A DNA stretch of 62,950 nt, the filler included, from Octopus bimaculoides (Eukaryota): assembly GCF_001194135.2 (NCBI RefSeq). It is 6 parts of 5 records of this genome, joined end to end, with 100 filler letters (N's around TTAATTAATTAA, not from the genome) between each part and the next. Parts side by side here need not be neighbours in the genome. Positions count along the whole stretch, not along the records: positions 1 to 20,550 come from NC_068983.1; 5 more parts are not named here. One strand, written 5' to 3'. Below, one piece after another: positions 1-12,018 of this stretch. The notes beneath the pieces were generated by a model, which saw nothing but the letters and a program-made list of their open reading frames with translations, searched no databases and was not told the DNA's origin. The translations under genes were made by a program, and so were the position numbers. Positions within the stretch are counted from its first letter, which is position 1. The number at the start of each line of letters is the position of its first letter.

Positions 1-127
1 ACGTTCATTTTTTACTTTTCATTTGAAAAGGAAAGTGTGGCTGGAGAGGAGATGTTTGTCGGAGTGTACGTTCCAAAATAGATGGAAGCATGTTGCACGA
101 GTGTTGTGCGTGCAAGGAACCGTGTGA
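1..127 (+). mobile_element. L1/Tx1-type LINE ORF2 extreme C-terminal relic
   Basis: Frame reads FHLKRKVWLERRCLSECTFQNRWKHVARV*, similar to the end of the Tx1-like fragment at ~29450-29550 (LERKVMADRKVL...). Confidence 0.45.
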
Positions 128-354
128 ATAGTCAGAAAAAAAAAGGTGCCAGCGATAGATTGGTGCTTGTGGGGTCGGAGCGTGGCCTGATCATCGCTTC
201 ATTTGTGTTGTCTAACGTACTGTTAATATCATTCGATTTTTTATATTTTATAAAATTTTTAAAGTCATATTTATGTAAACCATTCGCATTACTGATCCCA
301 ATCAGTTGTTTTGTACCATTCTATGTTTGGCCCCCTGTGGGCAATAAAGAAATT

Positions 355-535
355 GGTATTTCGTCTGTCAGTACGTTCTACGTTTCTAATTTTGCCGAGG
401 TCGACTTTGCTTTTCGCCCTTCCGGAGTCGATAAATTAAGTACCAGTTGGGTATTGGGTCGATCTAATCAACTGGCCCCCTCCCCATTAATTCTGGGCCT
501 TGTGCCTAGCGTAGAAAAGGATATTTCTAGCATTT
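355..535 (+). mobile_element. SINE family A (tRNA-derived), 5'-truncated copy
   Basis: Shares the core gccgaggtcgactttgc...gtcgataaattaagtaccag...ggccttgtgcct...gtagaaa with more than 15 other copies in the window. Confidence 0.8.
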
Positions 536-537
536 GA

Positions 538-860
538 AGATCCTAGCATATACCCATTTGTTTTCTGCAGTAGGAAAGATAAAGGAATCAGAGCCATAAT
601 AAAAAGAAGTACAGAAATACTATCTCCTTGGAATATTCCCTTTGAAATGCCTATACTATCATAATTAATCAGTATTTTCTCAGTTGTAAGGCTAAGAATG
701 TATGTACGTATGTATGTATGCATATGACAATTGTACGTTTTATCATTTTTCTGATCAAAATATATTATAGCCATGTTATTTAAAGAGCTTTAATCTACCT
801 TTTTACGCAGAGCTTATAATTCAATTATAGCTGTTCGATATTTCACCTACGATATTCTAT
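538..860 (-). mobile_element. R4/Dong-like (RLE) non-LTR reverse transcriptase fragment, degenerate
   Basis: KGIFQGDSISVLLFIMALIPLSFLL matches the RT motif GxxQGDxLSPLLF of this clade. Confidence 0.65.
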
Positions 861-1047
861 TTCATTTTCTTGACTAATCAATTCTTGGGTTTGCATGATA
901 ATTTTTGCATAAACTTACTCAAATTGTGCTTTATTTCATTTTTCACACTTTCTCTCGCTCTTATTCTTCGTATGTTCAGTGTAATACGGAGTCTACTCTG
1001 TCTACCTTGTTTTAAGTCTATTCTCGGTAATTCGTACATACATATAC

Positions 1048-1396
1048 TAGCCAATGAAGAATTCGGACGCATACTAACAATATTCTTAACAACTAAACCT
1101 GAAAAAGTAGAGGATAAGAAAAAATCATTAAAATTAGAGCTTAAAATATTGCTGTTAAAATTAAAATTTAAAAGTACCTCTTGGTTACTTTTTCACATTT
1201 TTAAAAAATTCATTAAAAATTTAACTTTTTTTTTAATTGTATTTTTAGTACTAAATGAATTAATAAAAGAAAATTTTAATTAATTTTACCAGCAATATTT
1301 TAAGCTCTAATTTTAATGAGAATTTCCTTGTCCTCTACTTTCCCAGGTTTACTTTTTAAGAATATTGTTAGTATAGTCCGCATTTTTCATTGGTTA
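1048..1396. repeat. Long inverted repeat (arms ~1048-1169 and ~1271-1396, ~100-bp spacer)
   Basis: Left arm ccaatgaagaattcggacgcatactaacaatattcttaa...aaattagagcttaaaatattgctg is the reverse complement of the right arm, about 85% identical by eye. Confidence 0.8.
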
Positions 1397-3097
1397 TTCC
1401 AGAGATTTTACAGGCATTACGGTAACAGAGAAATTTCAATTAAAAATATATAAAATTACCATTTTTTGCAGCCAATTTGAATTCACAAATTTCCAAGAAN
1501 NNNNNNNNNNNNNNNNNNNNNNNNNNNNNNNNNNNNNNNNNNNNNNNNNNNNNNNNNNNNNNNNNNNNNNNNNNNNNNNNNNNNNNNNNNNNNNNNNNNN
1601 NNNNNNNNNNNNNNNNNNNNNNNNNNNNNNNNNNNNNNNNNNNNNNNNNNNNNNNNNNNNNNNNNNNNNNNNNNNNNNNNNNNNNNNNNNNNNNNNNNNN
1701 NNNNNNNNNNNNNNNNNNNNNNNNNNNNNNNNNNNNNNNNNNNNNNNNNNNNNNNNNNNNNNNNNNNNNNNNNNNNNNNNNNNNNNNNNNNNNNNNNNNN
1801 NNNNNNNNNNNNNNNNNNNNNNNNNNNNNNNNNNNNNNNNNNNNNNNNNNNNNNNNNNNNNNNNNNNNNNNNNNNNNNNNNNNNNNNNNNNNNNNNNNNN
1901 NNNNNNNNNNNNNNNNNNNNNNNNNNNNNNNNNNNNNNNNNNNNNNNNNNNNNNNNNNNNNNNNNNNNNNNNNNNNNNNNNNNNNNNNNNNNNNNNNNNN
2001 NNNNNNNNNNNNNNNNNNNNNNNNNNNNNNNNNNNNNNNNNNNNNNNNNNNNNNNNNNNNNNNNNNNNNNNNNNNNNNNNNNNNNNNNNNNNNNNNNNNN
2101 NNNNNNNNNNNNNNNNNNNNNNNNNNNNNNNNNNNNNNNNNNNNNNNNNNNNNNNNNNNNNNNNNNNNNNNNNNNNNNNNNNNNNNNNNNNNAAAAAATT
2201 TTAGAATTAAAATTAAATATCTATTTTTTCTAATGAATAAAACTTTATGAAACCTTTACCAATATATTAATTTCACATTTGTCTTTCATATTAATGTCAA
2301 TATAATAATTCTTAATCAAAATTAAAAGAATGGTGTGGATTCAAAGTGTAGATGTTGGGTGTTACTACCCGTCACTCAACCAGTTTGGTCTATACATTTT
2401 TCTCTTAACCTTTGTTCTACTACACCAGATTTTAAGTATTTTATGTCTAAATATAGCTTATCACTACTCAAGCATAATTCAAATAACTAAATATGATTTC
2501 GATTAAAACAGAATTAATGAGACTGCTTGGAAGACGCCGACTGCGACAAAAAACCTATGTTAAGAATATTATTCAACTACTACCATAGTGGAATAACATA
2601 TGAAAAATCAACAGGCTTATTACTATAATTCATGGTTTATATGTTGCTCAGTTTTTGCTCTATGGAGACGCATTTTACTGGATATTATTTTCTCGCCAAG
2701 TAAAAAGGCAAGTCTTTCTTTTTTATTTAGTTCTTTTAATAACGTTCAAATATGTCTACAGATGTTATATTCACTTCGGTACGGACCAATTCTTTTTTCA
2801 TTGAATGTAGTGCGCTTCTGAAGGCGGCATTTTGGCCCAGTGTCAACATATTGGTAGGTTAACTCGTAATACACAGTGTACAAAGTGATGCTCAAGGTAA
2901 AACATCCGATACTTCAGTATTCTGCAAAGTACCATGGACACGTACTTGATTTCTAGGCTTCAAAATGACAAATAGTGAAGGTGATACAGATGGTATCTGA
3001 AATCAGTGCGCACAGGAAAAGAAGGATAATAATAAAAATCATAAGATATGAAAAATCAAAATACTTAGAGGTTATCCAAAATATTGATTTAAAATGT

Positions 3098-3298
3098 TTT
3101 GCACGGGGTTTGCAATATCGGAGGATGGGTTAAGTCAATTACACCAAACCCAGTTGTTCTAATGGTACTTATTTTATCGACCTCAATACGATGAAAGGCA
3201 AAGTCGACCTCGGCAGAACTTTAACTCAAAGCATAAACACGGACAAAATGCTGCTGAGCATTTGGCCTGGTGTGCTAGCGATTCTGCCAGCTCACCTC
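3098..3298 (-). mobile_element. SINE family A copy
   Basis: Reverse complement of the family A core (gatgaaaggcaaagtcgacctcggc ... attctgccagctc). Confidence 0.8.
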
Positions 3299-3973
3299 GT
3301 TAGATAGTCTAATACTGTCCCATGGAGAGAATTTTCATCGCAGCCATTGTGTGGTCCCATGTTTTTCCTTACTGTTCACTTTTCCTGATGTATAATGCAT
3401 TTCATGAAGACATTCACAGTGGTTTTGTTTGGAGTTTTAAACCTTGTCAAATCGCTGATTGTTCGTTGTTGTTTCATTGTAGTTAAAATTGCGTTGCTGA
3501 GAATTTGCTCTCTCAAATGTAATTGGTCTTTAATCAAACAAATCATAATAAAAATTAATTAATCTCATTATGGTTAAACTTCAAAATATACGCTTACTAT
3601 TCACAAAGTTTCAAGACGGTTGCTTCTCTTCGGTAAAGAATATGTGTAAGCATATTAATTATGTTACATTTGCAAAACCATAAACACAAACGAACATATT
3701 CAGGATTAAGTCAAATTATTTATTTTAAATGGATTATAAGCTTCATAGTTCACCCCAAATCAAAATAAATATAAATAAAATACTCATGTAGAAAAGTCAT
3801 ACATGGAAAATTGAAAATGAAAGAGAAACTTGCTCTCAAGCGATTACTCGAGATCCCACAATATTTGACATTCATCTCCATTTCATCTCGTCTTCCAGGT
3901 GTTGCTAGGTAACGAAGATTGAGATGCAGTACATGTGTAATTAATGAATCAAAATGGCATATATATAACATTT

Positions 3974-4127
3974 AAATATCAATGGTTAATATAAATATAT
4001 ACGGAAATATCAATGGCTAATATAGATATATACGGAAATATCACTGGCTAATATAAATATATACGGAAATATCAATGGCTAATATAAATATATACGGAAA
4101 TATTAATGGCTTATATAAATATATACA
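3974..4127. repeat. 31-bp minisatellite, ~5 units
   Basis: Unit aaatatcaatggctaatataaatatatacgg repeated in tandem. Confidence 0.9.
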
Positions 4128-5859
4128 TAAATAAAAATATATACAGAAATGCCCCAAGCAAGAAACGATCAAAGGACTGTTGATTCGTTAGAAGCTGCTT
4201 ATTTCTTTTGCTTTTTTTTATCACGTGTCAAGGTATCGGGGTTTTGTGACTGAATGTACTTAACCTATCTCTCTGGCACTAGTACTTTACAATATTAAAA
4301 CTTTGTAAGAAATCAGAATACAGCTTGAGCGACATATTACTGCTATTTCCTACATGTTAAGTGACCATGCGAAGTTTCACTCATTCGAAGTTAGTTTATA
4401 GAAACTTATGGAAGTATATTGTGTTCATTATCATAGCATTGTCATATATCTTTCAGAGTGGTACTCCAGAGATGGTAGCGTGTGTTATTTCATGTTATGA
4501 GAACAATTTAGTATTTATTTACTTTTTCTGTACAGATCCCGACGGAGTTCCCAAAACTTTTCACATTTCCAGTGCTGATAAATAAATAGCAACATGTTGA
4601 AAGGAAATTGAAATTACAGAACAATATACCCTGAAAACAATTTGTATAGTTCCCTTAATTAATGGAGCTGCTGAATCCACTTTGTGGACATATTCCCTTC
4701 TCTAAAAACCTGTCGTCGTCTTCCTATTGGGAATCGAAACCAAAATATGGAATGCATATAAATAATTAGTTTCTGCGCACGATAATGCTACAAAGGAGCC
4801 GAAGTAAATAACGTACATTATACATGAAGTGTGATAAGTTAAACTGCTTCAATAACATCTCATATCTGTGAAGTTATTTCAATATGACGAAATTATTCCT
4901 GGAAGAAGAGTTTATATATATAATATTACACGTTCCTTTGATCTGGTATACACAAAGTCATTTGCACATCAATCAATCAGATCTTCAATGGGAACAAATA
5001 ATTAATATAAATCGTCCCTCGGCGCAAACTAATATTGCAACAAAATGACTTCATGTATGATCAACATACATCTGTCCATATTACTCCAGTATAAGCTGAG
5101 AGAGAGAGTGAGTGAGAGAGTGAGAGTGAGTGAGAGAGTGAGAGTGAGTGAGAGGGAGAAATAGAGAGGGAGAGAGATGGAAAGAGAAAGAGAAAGAGGA
5201 GAAAGTGAAATAGAGAAACAGACTGAGAACAATAGTGACATGTAACTATTACTGATATAATAAACATTTTCTTTATTATTTTCATTAACTTTCACTAATG
5301 CACGCACTAGTTCGCATTCATGTTTTCAGGTTCTCTATAATATCTGATTTTTTTATATTTTGCTAAACAAATTAGTGTTTATTTGCTACTCCTTCAGCGA
5401 AAGTGAACTGCTAATTCTTTGAAGAATCTAATACAGAATAAAAAGAAAACAAGTCCCTCTCTTCAAAAGAATTTCCCTGAATCTGTTAATATTATGTCTC
5501 AGACTTCTGCCTGAGTAATTGGCTATTACTGCTGCCTCAATAAAGCTATTTAGAAATACATCCCATCTCTTCTCTGTGAAAATTATGTGCTGAACAATAT
5601 AAATAGATTTCTTTGGTATCATTCACTATTCATTGACACTGGATAAGTTTTGAGCTCCTCTAAATATTTCCATCGCTTTGAAATTACATTCATTTATACT
5701 TCTCAGTAAACTATAATAACTTCTTATAAAAGAATATAGGAGAGGTTAGGGCAAATTTATCGACAGGATAATGGTCGTTCATTTCACCAACTAAACACTG
5801 AAAAAGCAGTTAGTAGTGTGAGGGATCCATGTGTGTGAATGTGGGAACCATCACTACTG

Positions 5860-6210
5860 CCATCATCATCATCATCATCATTTCTTCACCATTGCAATAG
5901 GTAAATTGATAGACGTCAACTTAGATAAGCAAAACAAAGAAAAAAGATCCTCTCTGAATTGTCTATCATGATGGTGATTAAATATCATTACTATTTTCTA
6001 CATCACTTTCATGACCACCACCATCATCATTATCATAAGCAGCCACCAATATCGGCGTTGACTTTGTCATCGTCAGAGTGGTCGTTTTCCCCATCTTCAT
6101 TATCATCATCATCATTATCGTCGTCGTCATCATCATCATCATCAGCAGCATCATCATCATCATTATCATCAACAACATTAACAAAGACGACGACAATGGC
6201 CACAACATAA
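5860..6210. repeat. (CAT)n-rich microsatellite region
   Basis: Runs of catcatcat; source of the poly-H/S/D/M ORFs. Confidence 0.9.
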
Positions 6211-9200
6211 GCAACAGTATAATAATTCAATAATTCAATAATTCAATTCAAGTTACTTCATAAAACAGCTTCATGCTCTAAGGAAAGTATCTAAACTTGA
6301 TCAGTGGATCCCTCATAATAAGCAACTATGAAATATGAGCTAGTACAAATTTTCCCCATTTTTAGGATTACACCTCTTCTGAAAGAGAACTTTGTTCCTT
6401 TTGGTAACGCAGTTTCTCATCAAAAGTGTACGTACCATCAACGCTCCGTCACTCTTTCAGATGTTATCTATGAAAGACTACATTATCTAATATATCTCAC
6501 TCTTTGAAGGCCACAGCGTGTGTTTTACAGACAATTTACTTGCAAATTCATCTAGGAAGGTCTTCATCTGAAATCTTGTAGGTGTCAATCTGGAGGATCA
6601 TCTGTGGTTTTGATCTAATCTGTAATTTCCATTGAACATCACCAAATAATCTTGTCTGCAGTGTTGTTCTTCGATTCTAGACTTATTGCTTTATCCTTCT
6701 GTATATTTAACAGTTTCCACTATATTGTTCCGAGTTGTAGCAGCGTTGAACCCTACGATTTAGCATTCAGTTAGTTGCATTCAACAGAAACTAATCTGTT
6801 GGTAGTAGACTTAACTCCACTCATCTCTAAGTATTATGACTAGGTCGTTGTCTTGAAAATGCTTACCTCCGATTCGCTATTGCTTCTCTACAAAGTATTA
6901 TGAGTACAATGCTCCCCCTTCTAATAAGCTGTTAAAGGAGGACCATCTCTTTATGATTCATGAAAATTATTAGAAAAAATATTCGAAAATTCGAATGCAA
7001 ATCATTATCATTGACAGATATCTGCACTAAACAGTATACAGTTTTCTCTGAAACTATAAACAATGCAATGCTTTGTATAGATTCAAACGTCCTGGTAATT
7101 CCGGCTGACGGGAGAAAACAAGTCGAAAACAGTGTCCTAGATTCACTTGCACCAATGAATTGGATGTGTTATGAACTCATTTTTGTTGTAAAGCAAGTTG
7201 TTCTCCTGTGGTTTATACAACAACGACTGGCAATATTTGCGTTCAAATATACCCGAACATATGACCAGTGAATACGCAAATCTTCAATTCTAATGCAGAA
7301 TCCGGTACACTTTGAATATCTGAGAACATAATTTAATCATTGATATAGACTGAGGACAGAGGCCTAATTATCTCAGTTTACGCTAAACATAATCCCACGT
7401 CTCAAGAATTTAACAGAATGATACAAAACTGACGTGGTACAACATCTACGCCGAGTACAAAAAGCTTCACTGGAAATAGGCATTTGTCTGAAGAGATTTC
7501 ACCCAATATAATTGCCAAAACATAATGCCTCCAATACAGCTCAAAACGTAGAATGAAATGCAAGAAATGCATTTGTTAGTTAAATGATGTTTCACAAGTG
7601 TACAGTTACCTAGGAAACATCTCACAAAGAAAAAAAAAAGGATTCTAAAACGAAGATGCACAGCCTAAGTTGTTGATTTATATGCTCACCCTCCCACAAA
7701 TTCATTGCATGATATACTACAATGAACTGAATGAAAATAAAAAGAAAAGAAATATATGCTATTGGTTTTTGTTGGATTCCAGTTGTACTCCTTGACTGAA
7801 CAATCTTATGAGATATGATTTCAGCCATGACAAGCCAATCTGTGCAATCCTATTTAATATTTCATTATTGAATGTTCTATTCCTTGTTGAAAAAATGGTT
7901 TTCCATATAAGGTACATAAAGCATCTCTTGTTTGATATTCGATATATTACATACAGTACCTTCCTTCATAGGAGCTACTGTATTATCCTAGTCTCACTCT
8001 GACTGAGCAGTACCATAACAAAAGGCATTATAGCTGTGACCACCCTGGCTAACATATCGAGACATATTTTTTGGTATAAATTATCCAATGTGTACATCCA
8101 TACCTATTCAAGGCTCATTCAGGTTAAATGTTATGTAGAAAGCTATTATATTTAACATAACTTCTAGGCCATGTATAAGTTGCAAATATTGTAAATTTTA
8201 TCCACTGTGTTGTTATGTAGAAGACAAAAACCATAATTTTAGATTACACACAAGTAATTACATATATAATTGTGAATAATATCTTGATATTAGCAACCTC
8301 TTGGAAATTTGGCTGATTTTCAAAATATTTTGTAAGTAATTTATTAGAAAACTTTCCGGCAGATTTCAATACAAATGAATATTTATGTCTTTGAGCAGTG
8401 ACATCAATTTACTTGTGAAATTGTTTCCTAACTGAACGGCGTTTATACAGTTGAAAATATGAAGTGAAAGAATATCGTCTGATGAACAATTTTTTTTTAA
8501 ATAATTCCTCCAGTTGATACATTACAATCCCTTTCCTTCACTTCATCTCACATTCACAAATCAACGAGACAGATTAAGCATTAACGATGTTTCCAGCAGC
8601 CACGGCAACACAGTTTACATATCTACAGACGAAAGGAATTTAACAAGGGCAGTAATAAATCCTTTATATCAACGTAGTCTGTATTATCCTTTAAACAAAT
8701 TAAGTAACTGATACTTCGATGATAAACAATTTAGTCAATTATTTGCGGTAGTATAGAACCATAATATTTCAAAGCAATATTTAGAATATATATTCTTTTG
8801 TTTGTACTTTCTACATGGTCTCGTTCTCTGCTAATGAAGCTCATTTGACACGCAAGTCAATGAATAAGCCTGTAATATAATTTTAAAAATCTATAAAATA
8901 TATCAACCGACTCTCCTTCACATCACCCCTTTTTATAAAAGAAGGAAGAGCACCCAGACTCTAATGAACACCCTCTATACTAGCAGATGAATATCTGTTG
9001 CAAGCATACTTCACTATGTACTATATGGACTGTATCATAAACAGAGAACTATCTCTCTATAACAGCTTCTATAAGAATATCACATTTAGCTGATTTACAA
9101 TATAAAATATTTTGTTTATTGTTTATTATTTTGGAATATCAGTCTGCCTCATTAAGGTACAGAGTTCCTTTATTTCTGAAATAAGAATTTCTAGTGAATA

Positions 9201-9890
9201 TAAATACTTTGAATGCATCTAATATAAGAATACAGTAAAGCGTACGATATGTTTATATATTTTAACCAGATAAAATAAAACCCACAGCTACCTTACAATC
9301 AGTTTATCTCCTAATGTTTAACACACCATTAAAATATTTCAATTATTTTCACCTGTCCCAGTTTAATCAAAACAACAGAATGACGCAATGTAGAATTTTA
9401 CTTTCTGAACTAAAAGCTTGGTGGAATAACCATCTCAGATGATAACTTACTAATGACATCAACAGTTATACCACGTATACTGTAATACTACATTGGCTAT
9501 AAATTACATAGAAACTAGAAACAGAAACATATTAAAAGCTTCACCTTTTAAAGTTCTCTGCATCGTTGCTAGACACATGGTAGCTATGTACAAATCGACA
9601 TAAATATGCATTTCAGCGAAAAAAAGTAGTCTTTTATACTCAAGGGAAAAGATTAAAAACAAACTTGCAACAAATAGAGCAAACATCAGATTCAAATCTG
9701 CAAAATATACACAGAAATAATTTGCTACAAAGAGAAGAATAAAGTTATATACCACACACATTTTTGTACTAACAGGATATAATTTTGAAGGCAAATATAT
9801 TGCCAAGCATAACAGTATCGAATAGCATGTTGTAACATATGTGTTTATGTCTGTTTTTGTATGTTTGTATGCAGGTATATATGTATGTGT

Positions 9891-10123
9891 TATTTCTTTA
9901 CTACCCACAAGGGGCTACACACAGAGGGGACAAACAAAGACAGACAAACGGATTAAGCCGATTATATCGACCCCAGTGCGTAACTGGTATTTATTTAATC
10001 GACCCCGAAAGGATGAAAGGCAAAGTCGACCTCGGCGGAATTTGAACTCAGAACGTAGCGGCAGACGAAATACCGCTAAGCATTTCGCTCGGCGTGCTAA
10101 CGTTTCTGCCAGCTCACCGCCTT
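9891..10123 (-). mobile_element. SINE family A, near full length, variant 3' end
   Basis: Minus strand begins aaggcggtgagctggcagaaacgttagcacg, with Pol III A-box-like and B-box-like (gagttcaaattcc) motifs. Confidence 0.9.
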
Positions 10124-10125
10124 TT

Positions 10126-10200
10126 GTATGTATGTATGTATGTATGTATGTATGTATGTATGTATGTATGTATGTATGTATGTATGTATGTATGTGTGTG
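10126..10200. repeat. (TATG)n microsatellite
   Basis: Direct reading. Confidence 0.95.
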
Positions 10201-11234
10201 TGTGTGTACATTTGTATGTGTGTGTTGCATAGCAGCAACCCGATTTCACGCAATTGCATTGAATGAGTGTTCATTTAGAAATGATGTCAATCTTCAGCCC
10301 CACAAGGGAAATAGACACTGTCGCACCCATATGGCAATGATGAGGGGCTCTTGCAACGGACGTTCAGATATATCACCGGAGCTGAGCCATGTTTCATTCA
10401 ATTTTGGAATTTTCCGTTTAATGTACTGCTTTTCCCAGCTACTGACAGACGTAGTATGCAAAATACACACACATACACAGATATGCACATACACATACGC
10501 ACACAAACGCATACACACACGCAGTGTAACAATTGTCTCCTACTTTATACTCGGGAGCATCATGTTGCAAAACTTTGAACTTAATATGATTACTATCGAT
10601 TAAACCAACTTTAGATGGCCTGTTAATGTCATTGGACCTATCGGAGATTACGCAGTAAAAACCCGAACGTGTTTCAGGTTCCTAGATAATCTTTGTATAA
10701 CTGATATAGAGAAAAATGCCATTGACGAGGAACCTACTCTTATATATAAATTTAAAATTAAATATAAGTCTCTGGGTTATTTCATTACATCTCACGTAAT
10801 TTAAGTATTAGTCTTCGCTCCTTCACATCACAAGATTCATTGTCTGATTCCACTTGTTAAACATGCCGGTGGTTTATTCTAAGTTATTGTGCATTCGTTT
10901 TCCTCTTTATTATTAATTTAAACATCTAAATACAATAGTGTCTTATATATCTGTGTAATAGAGGACCCGATGTTTGTTGGTGAAAGGTTCACCACAGAAA
11001 TTAGAGTCCGTTCTCGGTATAAAATAAAATATTCTTGGGTTTCATACAGTTTAACCGGCAAAGTGCCCTTCGTTTAACCAACGAAGTTTAACCAATGAAG
11101 TACCCTGCATACGACAATAGAGAATTAGTGTGCATGTGTGTGTGTGTGTGTGTGTGCGTGCGCGTGCGTGCGTGCCTATTAGTGTGTGTGTCTCTGTGCG
11201 TGTGTGTGTGTCTTTGTGTTTGTGTGTATGTGAG

Positions 11235-11365
11235 GGCACATTGCTTAGAGGTTAGGATGTTCAATTCCTAGACCGGGTGGTCCATTGTGTTCCTGCGCAA
11301 AACACTTCATACTCGCTATGCTCTGCGATCACTTCGACACCTGACGCGTAGTACACAGTGCAACT
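11235..11365 (+). mobile_element. Degenerate tRNA-derived SINE head
   Basis: B-box-like gttcaattcc followed by ttgtgttcctgcgcaaaacacttc, resembling the segment that follows the head in many tRNA SINEs. Confidence 0.4.
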
Positions 11366-11847
11366 ATTCAGAAAACGTCGACTTGATGGAGAGAGTGTGC
11401 CAACGTGTGACACGAACATTTCACCAAAATAAACAAATAATTTTTGCAGGTTGTTTGACAAAGCTGAATGCTCATACGTCGTCTTCGAAATATGTATGTA
11501 TGTATGTATGTGTTTGATATTAATATTCGGCAGAAGCTATATTACAGTGGTACAAGGACCGAGGGTGTCATGCGTGGGCAATTATGAAATTGATTTCAAA
11601 TCAAGGCATCATGAAAGTACATATAACGGTCGTTCTTTATGTTATTTGTCATCTTTTCCATTTGTTTCTTTCGTTGTTCGCAAAAAAGTTCTTGTTCCAT
11701 GTTTTCGTATTTCATGTTGTTTATGTTTTATGACGTCCTGTATCCAGATATGCATATGTATATACATATATATGTAAGTATGTACATATATATAAATATT
11801 ATTTATATTGTGATATGATTCCATGCCACTCATCTATTTCCAAGTAA

Positions 11848-11849
<2 letters not shown>

Positions 11850-11941
<92 letters not shown>
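11850..11941. repeat. (TA)n microsatellite
   Basis: Direct reading. Confidence 0.95.
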
Positions 11942-11943
<2 letters not shown>

Positions 11944-12018
11944 GGAGTTGAACTGCGTTTGGACAACAAAGCAGCATGTAAACATATATCTATATTTATT
12001 TCCAGAACATTCTGGCAA

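Noticed and set aside
8831-8875. Weak hammerhead-like motif (CUAAUGAA, hairpin tcatttgac/gtcaatga)
   Set aside because: Core and GAAAC both mutated; cannot be separated from chance.
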